Shown here: positions 49,441-54,550 of the stretch, piece by piece
Layout of the letters: each line of letters starts with the position of its first letter
Position numbering within the stretch: the first letter of the stretch is position 1
DNA from: an uncultured Oscillospiraceae bacterium
GTDB taxonomy: Bacteria; Bacillota; Clostridia; Oscillospirales; Ruminococcaceae
Assembly: GCA_964508295.1 (NCBI GenBank)
Contig: CAZDSQ010000001.1
Span: forward strand, 1 to 56,764
Length of the DNA stretch: 56,764 bases
Reading direction: 5' to 3'
Program-made: the position numbers and the translations under genes
The notes under the pieces: model-generated
What the model saw: only the letters and a program-made list of their open reading frames with translations
Told to the model about the DNA's origin: nothing
The model's database searches: none

Positions 49441-49758
49441 ATGAGCTATTTTGCCAATGTTTCGGCACTTATTGCTTCCCCGAGTTATACAAAATATTTA
49501 TTTTGTCTATGTATTTCTGCTGTTCCCTATGTCCTCTCAGACCGAAAGCGTATGCGCAAGAATATGGAACGTTTAAAGGGATATTTCTACGCTATGCTGC
49601 TTGAATATGACCATTGGTCTGATTCAGCTCGGCAAGAGTTTCTCGATGAAGCTCGATTGCGGTTTGAATCGCAAAAGAAATATAATTTTTTCCGTGATGA
49701 GCTTGTCGATACTGTTAAAGGTTATGAGCCTGGTTATCAGCCTTTAACAGTTGCTTAA
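49441..49758 (+). CDS. Junction ORF: short host-derived 5' end fused at attL to what appears to be the displaced 3' end of the prophage rep gene
   Basis: The att core is read in the same codon phase (L-F-C-L) here and at the 3' end of rep. The frame stays open for 82 codons beyond the core. Confidence 0.5.
   Translation: MSYFANVSALIASPSYTKYLFCLCISAVPYVLSDRKRMRKNMERLKGYFYAMLLEYDHWSDSARQEFLDEARLRFESQKKYNFFRDELVDTVKGYEPGYQPLTVA
49489..49510 (+). repeat. attL core (direct repeat)
   Basis: ACAAAAT-ATTTATTTTGTCTAT. The 15-mer ATTTATTTTGTCTAT (49496-49510) is identical to 54463-54477. Confidence 0.8.
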
Positions 49759-49768
49759 GGTGATTAGT

Positions 49769-49939
49769 ATGAAAAAATCACTTCATCCGATCCACCCTTT
49801 TTTCCGTTGTGTAGATTCAGCTATTTTCTTTGATTTCGTAGAGTATGTTTTGCGCAATTTTAAGTGCGAGCTTTTTCAGCTTCCCCAGGATGAACAACTT
49901 TATTTATTTTCGAGATTTAGGCTATTGGAGTATATGTGA
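49769..49939 (+). CDS. Prophage hypothetical protein (56 aa)
   Basis: ATG preceded by an AAGGTGA RBS. Same strand and tightly packed. No recognisable motif. Confidence 0.4.
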   Translation: MKKSLHPIHPFFRCVDSAIFFDFVEYVLRNFKCELFQLPQDEQLYLFSRFRLLEYM

Positions 49940-49984
49940 TTATGCAATGTAATGATATTTAATTATTTTAAGGAGTGTAATTTT

Positions 49985-50266
49985 ATGATTAAATGTACAA
50001 TTGAAGGTCTTTTTGTAGGTAGTTCTCAGATGGCTAATAGAAATGGCAGCGGCACCACTACTGTCGCAGATATCTACGTTATTAAGCTTAAGAAATCTTT
50101 TCAGATTTTCCGTTATGAACAGCAGCACCAGGACGGTACCGTTGTTTCAATCCCTTGTGAGCTTCGTTTCCGTCAGGATGGCTCTCCTTATTTTGTTTAT
50201 TTAGCTCCTTCTGAAGCGCTGCAGAACGAAGCTGATAAAAATAACTCTGTAAAGGAGAATAAATGA
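49985..50266 (+). CDS. Prophage small protein in the gV position (candidate ssDNA-binding protein)
   Basis: 93 aa with a strong AAGGAG RBS. Beta-rich composition. Size and position immediately upstream of the coat genes match inovirus gV. No sequence motif was recognised. Confidence 0.35.
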   Translation: MIKCTIEGLFVGSSQMANRNGSGTTTVADIYVIKLKKSFQIFRYEQQHQDGTVVSIPCELRFRQDGSPYFVYLAPSEALQNEADKNNSVKENK

Positions 50267-50451
50267 TGGACGGTGTTACTATGTCTACAATACTCACCAG
50301 TATTGGTGCTGTTTTTACCCAGGTTGTTACTTGGGCTGGTGATGTCCTCGGTCTGATAGCTTCAAATCCCATCCTCCTGCTTCTTTGTGTTGCTCTTGTG
50401 ATTGTCGGTTTTGTTGTTGGCTGGGTCTCTCGCCTATTCCGTACAAATTAA
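50263..50451 (+). CDS. Coat-like single-TM peptide, paralogue 1
   Basis: 62 aa (56 aa if it starts at 50281). Amphipathic N-terminus, a 20-residue hydrophobic core LLLLCVALVIVGFVVGWV, and a basic tail SRLFRTN. Confidence 0.5.
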   Translation: MMDGVTMSTILTSIGAVFTQVVTWAGDVLGLIASNPILLLLCVALVIVGFVVGWVSRLFRTN

Positions 50452-50464
50452 GGAGGTCTGATTT

Positions 50465-50635
50465 ATGGATACTATTCTCAGTAATATCGGTTTAGTTTTT
50501 ACCCAGGTTATCGCCTGGGCAGGAGATGTCCTCGAGCTTATTGCAACAGAGCCTATTCTTTTACTTATGTGCGTTGCACTTGTAATCGTTGGATTTGTTG
50601 TCGGCTGGGTCTCTCGCCTATTCCGTACTAACTAA
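50465..50635 (+). CDS. Coat-like single-TM peptide, paralogue 2 (below the ORF-track size cutoff)
   Basis: 56 aa: MDTILSNIGLVFTQVIAWAGDVLELIATEPILLLMCVALVIVGFVVGWVSRLFRTN. AAGGAGG RBS 8 nt upstream. 46 of 56 residues are identical to paralogue 1. Confidence 0.5.
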   Translation: MDTILSNIGLVFTQVIAWAGDVLELIATEPILLLMCVALVIVGFVVGWVSRLFRTN

Positions 50636-50640
50636 AGCTT

Positions 50641-50670
50641 AAAGCCCTCGCTCTGAGCGGGGGCTTTATT
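50641..50670 (+). terminator. Strong rho-independent terminator directly after the coat-like gene pair
   Basis: 11-bp GC-rich stem AAAGCCCTCGC/GCGGGGGCTTT with a 5-nt loop and a TTTATT tail. Confidence 0.75.
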
Positions 50671-50686
50671 CAAATAAGGTGATTTT

Positions 50687-51673
50687 ATGAAAAAGAAAAT
50701 TATATGCCTTGTTTCTTCAGTTCTTTTATCTGTATTCCTTTTTTGTATGCCGACTTTTGCATACTCTCAGCTTTTTACAAATTACTTTAATTTGAATTAT
50801 ATTTCATTAGGTTCTTTGCCTGCTTCTGACTACTATAATATTGTTAATCAGGAAGCTGGACAGATGGATGTTAAAACTTCTGACGGTAGTGATTTTGCCG
50901 AGTTTAGCTATATTGATATCTATTTTAGCTATTTCGGTACAACTATCAATGCTGGTGATCGCTTTGTAGGTTCTTTTTATTTCGTTGTATCAGACTATGC
51001 CTCAAATGGCAAAAATCCGAATAGTCCGCCCGCTACTTCAAGTATTCAAGCTCAAATTAATGGCGGTAGCTCTACTGTAATTGGAAAAGTTACTTTAGTA
51101 GCTCATTCTTATGATACTTCTATAAACTCAAATTTATATCGTTTTAAGGTTGATTTTGACTGTTATTTCAAAGAAACTGTTGAGCGTATGCAATGTTCAA
51201 TTCGCGTAAACTTTAATGGTTTTACCCCTCAGACTTCTCATATGATTTCAGCACAATTTCTTGAGATCTATAATTTTTATTTAGGTGCTGCCGATGCTCC
51301 TGAAGCTCCGAAGTATAGTGACCCTTACGATTCTTATGGGTCTGATCTTGATTCAACCGTGGATGGGATAGATAATTATACAGATGAGGAACAGGAAATT
51401 CTTGATAAAACCGAGTCTGGCAGAAATGAAGCTTTGCAGCTTTTCAATAATTTGACCGATACCGTTGGTCAGATTTCTCATACTCTTTTGGCCGTAACTT
51501 ATGGTTTGAATTACTTTATCGGTTCAAGTGCTTTGCTTCATTCGATTTTGTATATTTCTCTTGCTCTCGGTTTTGTGCTATTTATTTTCAATGCAGTCCC
51601 CTCTTTATCTCATTCCCGTTCTCGTTCAGAACCCAGGAATACTAATTCTGGTAAGAAAGGTGATGGTGGTTAA
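50687..51673 (+). CDS. Prophage secreted protein with a C-terminal membrane anchor (pIII-like minor coat / adsorption protein candidate)
   Basis: 328 aa. Signal peptide MKKKIICLVSSVLLSVFLFCMPTFAYS, an acidic linker, and a C-terminal TM LLHSILYISLALGFVLFIFNAV followed by a basic tail. Confidence 0.5.
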   Translation: MKKKIICLVSSVLLSVFLFCMPTFAYSQLFTNYFNLNYISLGSLPASDYYNIVNQEAGQMDVKTSDGSDFAEFSYIDIYFSYFGTTINAGDRFVGSFYFVVSDYASNGKNPNSPPATSSIQAQINGGSSTVIGKVTLVAHSYDTSINSNLYRFKVDFDCYFKETVERMQCSIRVNFNGFTPQTSHMISAQFLEIYNFYLGAADAPEAPKYSDPYDSYGSDLDSTVDGIDNYTDEEQEILDKTESGRNEALQLFNNLTDTVGQISHTLLAVTYGLNYFIGSSALLHSILYISLALGFVLFIFNAVPSLSHSRSRSEPRNTNSGKKGDGG

Positions 51674-51906
51674 TGCTTAATTTCTTTGATATGTTGGCTG
51701 AATGTTTTGACTTAATTCTTGCCTTTTTTACTACTATTGCAACTCTGATAACTAATTTCTTATCTGGACTTGTTACTGCTTTTAGAATCTTAACTGACGT
51801 TGTTACCATTCCCGTTATTTTTACTGCTTTTGTTCCTGGTATTATTTCATCTGCAATTTTTATCTTTGTTGCTCTGGGTGTCATAAAGTTTATTATAGGA
51901 CGGTGA
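51673..51906 (+). CDS. Prophage hydrophobic protein (77 aa, pVI-position)
   Basis: TAATG overlap with the upstream gene. Two to three TM segments. Confidence 0.45.
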   Translation: MLNFFDMLAECFDLILAFFTTIATLITNFLSGLVTAFRILTDVVTIPVIFTAFVPGIISSAIFIFVALGVIKFIIGR

Positions 51907-51910
51907 GATT

Positions 51911-52096
51911 ATGGGAAATATTACTGGTTGCTTTACTCTTATAGTTGATTTTTTCTGGGATTTTGTTACTCTCCTGGATTCAAAAGTAAGGTTTGATTTC
52001 TTTGGAGCTCTTTCGATTTCTATAGTTGATATTTTTGTCGGTTTTATTATTTTAGGATTTGTTATATCTGTATTTTGGAGAGGTGCAAAAGCATGA
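51911..52096 (+). CDS. Prophage hydrophobic protein (61 aa)
   Basis: Two predicted TM segments. Its stop overlaps the next start (ATGA). Confidence 0.45.
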   Translation: MGNITGCFTLIVDFFWDFVTLLDSKVRFDFFGALSISIVDIFVGFIILGFVISVFWRGAKA

Positions 52097-52212
52097 TTAT
52101 TTTATCTTGTTTACCATTTATTCTTGAAGGCTTTACTTACGTATCGGGTGTTTTTTTACTGTCTTATGTTTTTGGAATCGTATTTAAACTATTCGGAGGT
52201 GCTCGCCGATGA
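52093..52212 (+). CDS. Prophage micro-ORF (39 aa, hydrophobic), not in the ORF track
   Basis: MIILSCLPFILEGFTYVSGVFLLSYVFGIVFKLFGGARR. ATGA overlaps at both ends. Confidence 0.35.
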   Translation: MIILSCLPFILEGFTYVSGVFLLSYVFGIVFKLFGGARR

Positions 52213-52286
52213 GCTTGCAGGTAATTCTTTTAATGGCTATATTTATGGTTTTATGTATTTTTGTTTTTGGTGGAGGTGTTAATTGA
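52209..52286 (+). CDS. Prophage micro-ORF (25 aa, hydrophobic), not in the ORF track
   Basis: MSLQVILLMAIFMVLCIFVFGGGVN. It bridges the neighbouring ORFs exactly through overlapping stop/start codons. Confidence 0.25.
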   Translation: MSLQVILLMAIFMVLCIFVFGGGVN

Positions 52287-52480
52287 TGCAAACAATTCTT
52301 GATGCCCTTAGAGCTGTTCTTGGTGAGCCTGATTTTTATAAACAGCTTACAAGTAGCAGTAACTATACCTGGGACTATGCTGCAATGATTGAATATATGG
52401 TTGGTGCTCTTATCCTCTGTATCGTTGTTTCATCCGTTTTCCGCATAGTCGCTCTTCTTTTCAAAAGAGGTAAAAACTGA
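52286..52480 (+). CDS. Prophage small membrane protein (64 aa)
   Basis: GGTGGAGGTG RBS. Soluble N-terminus, one C-terminal TM and a basic tail KRGKN. TGATG overlap with the ATPase gene. Confidence 0.45.
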   Translation: MQTILDALRAVLGEPDFYKQLTSSSNYTWDYAAMIEYMVGALILCIVVSSVFRIVALLFKRGKN

Positions 52481-53241
52481 TGATTAGAGTATTTTTCGGT
52501 AATATCGGATGCGGCAAGACTACCCTGGCAGCACGTCAGTTTTATAAGTGCCTTCGACGTGATCAGCGAGACGTTAATAGAAAACGTACACCACTTTATG
52601 ACTATTACATTTCAAATTTTGAATGTGAGCTTGCGCAGTTCTGCCGCCTTGCCGATCTCGGACGTTGGACTTTCCCTGAACATTCGTATATCATTATCGA
52701 CGAAGCTGGCATTGAGTATAATAACCGTAAGTTTAAATCTCTCCCACAAGAAACGATTGCTTGGCTTAAGCTTAGCCGACACTACAAATGCGACGTTGAT
52801 TTTCTCTCTCAGAGCTGGGATGATATGGATATTACGATTCGCCGCCTGGCATCAGAGCTGTGGTATGTACGTAAGCTCGGACCTTTCACAATGCTTCGCC
52901 GAATATATAAACGAGTAGGCATTGACTCAGAAACCCACCAAATTTGCGATTTTTACGAGTTTGGCAAAATACTGCCTTGTATACTTCCCCCACCTTTTAG
53001 GCAGCATAACATCGAAATTTTCCTGCGAAAACCCTATTATAAATACTTCGACAGTTATACTAAACCCGAAACCCCCGTCTTTCCTTTCTCAGAGCTTAAA
53101 GCAAAAGCTGTTCCTTTTCCGAAGCAGCTGCTTACCTGGATAAAAGGAATTGGGCCGCGCGCCCTTAGCGCAGTTACCAGATTGCAGCTTAAAGAGAAGC
53201 TTGCCCTGGTCCTCGACCGCCTGCGCTGCAGGAAACAGTAA
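52480..53241 (+). CDS. Zot/pI-like P-loop ATPase (filamentous phage assembly protein)
   Basis: 253 aa. Walker A GNIGCGKT, Walker B YIIIDEAG, and the Zot-family block LSRHYKCDVDFLSQSWDDMD. Confidence 0.75.
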   Translation: MIRVFFGNIGCGKTTLAARQFYKCLRRDQRDVNRKRTPLYDYYISNFECELAQFCRLADLGRWTFPEHSYIIIDEAGIEYNNRKFKSLPQETIAWLKLSRHYKCDVDFLSQSWDDMDITIRRLASELWYVRKLGPFTMLRRIYKRVGIDSETHQICDFYEFGKILPCILPPPFRQHNIEIFLRKPYYKYFDSYTKPETPVFPFSELKAKAVPFPKQLLTWIKGIGPRALSAVTRLQLKEKLALVLDRLRCRKQ

Positions 53242-53268
53242 ATTCTCCTGCCTTTTGTTACCAAAAAA

Positions 53269-53314
53269 AGACAAACAAAACCCGCCAAACATATTGGCGG
53301 GTTTTAGTTTGTCT
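53269..53314 (+). other. Long near-perfect hairpin (terminator and/or packaging-signal / origin candidate)
   Basis: 20-bp stem (AGACAAAC+AAAACCCGCCAA pairing with TTGGCGGGTTTT+GTTTGTCT) with a single A bulge and a 5-nt loop, 28 nt after the ATPase stop. Confidence 0.6.
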
Positions 53315-53344
53315 GACGCCCCAAAACCCCGAGGGGTATCACGG

Positions 53345-53396
53345 GGTTAAAATTCCTCATATAATCCTTGGGTTAAAATTCCTCATATAATCCTTG
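53345..53396 (+). repeat. Perfect 26-nt tandem duplication GGTTAAAATTCCTCATATAATCCTTG x2
   Basis: Copies at 53345-53370 and 53371-53396 are identical. The second copy runs into the -35 box of the rep promoter. Confidence 0.9.
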
Positions 53397-53422
53397 ACAA
53401 ATGCAAAATTATGCCTTAAAAT
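53394..53422 (+). promoter_or_regulatory. Consensus sigma-A promoter upstream of rep
   Basis: TTGACA (53394-53399), 17-nt spacer, TAAAAT (53417-53422). Confidence 0.65.
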
Positions 53423-53429
53423 GAAAATA

Positions 53430-53497
53430 CCGGATGCGCAGCATCCGTCTAAACATCCGGTACCGGTCGCTGAGGGGCAGTTCCCTTACTGCCCCCT
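53430..53497 (+). other. Cluster of GC-rich hairpins in the rep leader (origin / nick-site candidates)
   Basis: CGGATGC-GCA-GCATCCG (53431-53447). Palindrome CCGGTACCGG (53457-53466). GGGGCAG-TTCCCTTA-CTGCCCC (53474-53495). Confidence 0.5.
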
Positions 53498-53516
53498 GCA
53501 AACTTTAAGGGAGTGA

Positions 53517-54485
53517 ATGACTATGACACAAGAATTTTTCGAGAAAAATTACAAATTCGGAATGGACTGGTTGAACGGTGTTCTACCACTTACTGAGGTT
53601 GACGAGGTTTTTGATATGCTCGAATCCTTTTCGTCTAAGCTTAAGAAAGATCGTTGGAAGCTTATGTCGAAGGGTAAGTATAACTATCAAGTCCGTTATT
53701 GCCTTGATGATAAAGGTTTTATTCAGCTTATGTATAATACTGATTATTATGATGCTGACGGGAATCCTGGACTTACTGCATTAAATCCCGATGAATCAAA
53801 TAACCCCTATATTTTCTTTTCTATTTCGGGTGATGGTATCAGATACCTTGCTTCTATCGGTGGCGAAATGACCGCTTTAAATAAGCTTTTATGCTATTTT
53901 TATGCAAATGGTTTCAAAGCTACTCGTTTTGATGTCTACTGCGATATTCTTGATAAAAGAAATGAAATCGTTCCTCTTCTGAAGAAGTCTTTTGATTATT
54001 TTATTCATCCAAGAGTTAGTTATCCTACTTTAACTACTGGTTTTCATCGCGATCGTAAAAATATTCAAATCCGTTATTCTTATGATGATGATGGCAAGAG
54101 ATTCTATAATCTGCAGTTAGGTCATCATGGCTCTTTATTCGGTATGTTCCGTTGCTATAATAAGCTTATTGAGGTGCAGGATGGCAGACTTGCAGGCTTT
54201 TCATCCGAGATTTTAAAGCAATACGGTGTATCTGATTATTGGTATAGGTTAGAGTATGAGATACACGAACATGCTGCAGCTTGTTTTAATGCTGCTATGC
54301 AGGAGAGCTGCGAAAACAATCAGCTTTCTGTTCGGAGTATTTTTTGTGTTGCTGCAGAAAAAATGTTTTCTCCTGTTACTGTTAAAGGTTTAGGTATGAA
54401 GCTTGCTGATTCAGATAAGTGTGTTATATGGCTTGATTTTCTCAGCTTCGTTCGACAAAATGATTTATTTTGTCTATTTATGTAG
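53517..54485 (+). CDS. Rep_trans-type rolling-circle replication initiator (apparently C-terminally truncated by integration)
   Basis: 322 aa. FGMDWLNGV, TRFDVYCDI, FRCYNKLIE and WYRLEYEI match my recollection of the PF02486 family blocks (RstA/RepC-like). The last 3 codons plus the stop lie beyond the att core. Confidence 0.75.
   Translation: MTMTQEFFEKNYKFGMDWLNGVLPLTEVDEVFDMLESFSSKLKKDRWKLMSKGKYNYQVRYCLDDKGFIQLMYNTDYYDADGNPGLTALNPDESNNPYIFFSISGDGIRYLASIGGEMTALNKLLCYFYANGFKATRFDVYCDILDKRNEIVPLLKKSFDYFIHPRVSYPTLTTGFHRDRKNIQIRYSYDDDGKRFYNLQLGHHGSLFGMFRCYNKLIEVQDGRLAGFSSEILKQYGVSDYWYRLEYEIHEHAAACFNAAMQESCENNQLSVRSIFCVAAEKMFSPVTVKGLGMKLADSDKCVIWLDFLSFVRQNDLFCLFM
54455..54477 (+). repeat. attR core (direct repeat)
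   Basis: ACAAAATGATTTATTTTGTCTAT, differing from attL by one inserted G. Confidence 0.8.
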
Positions 54486-54510
54486 ATTTTTTAAAGTGAC
54501 TTCCCTATAA

Positions 54511-54540
54511 TAAAAACATCCCGATTTTTATCTCGGGATG
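54511..54540 (-). terminator. galT terminator
   Basis: 8-bp stem CATCCCGA/TCGGGATG with an 8-nt loop. A T-run on the minus strand, 10 nt after the galT stop. Confidence 0.7.
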
Positions 54541-54550
54541 CTCTGTATTT

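Larger units (their letters stand above)
49489..54477 (+). mobile_element. Integrated inovirus-like (filamentous ssDNA phage) prophage, unit length about 4967 bp, with no integrase
   Basis: Flanked by direct repeats. All genes lie on one strand with start/stop overlaps. Contains a Zot/pI-like ATPase, a Rep_trans-type initiator, coat-like peptides and a pIII-like protein in canonical inovirus order. It interrupts a run of minus-strand host genes. Confidence 0.75.

Noticed and set aside
49523-49530. The 8-mer TTCCCTAT recurs just inside attL (49523) and just outside attR (54501), and TTCCCTTA forms the loop of the 53474-53495 hairpin. This could be a Rep nick-site-like motif.
   Set aside because: An 8-mer is expected to occur about once or twice by chance in 57 kb on two strands. 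The offsets from the core differ (13 versus 24 nt). There is not enough evidence to call it.
52559-53143. Two alternative-frame plus-strand ORFs (52559-52918 and 52922-53143) inside the Zot-like gene.
   Set aside because: The frame starting at 52480 carries the Walker A/B and Zot motifs. The alternative frames give Ser/Leu-rich nonsense and have no RBS.
53345-53396. Whether the 26-nt tandem repeat could be a miniature CRISPR array.
   Set aside because: The two copies are directly adjacent with no spacer. There are no cas genes and no further repeats. It fits an iteron or operator duplication instead.
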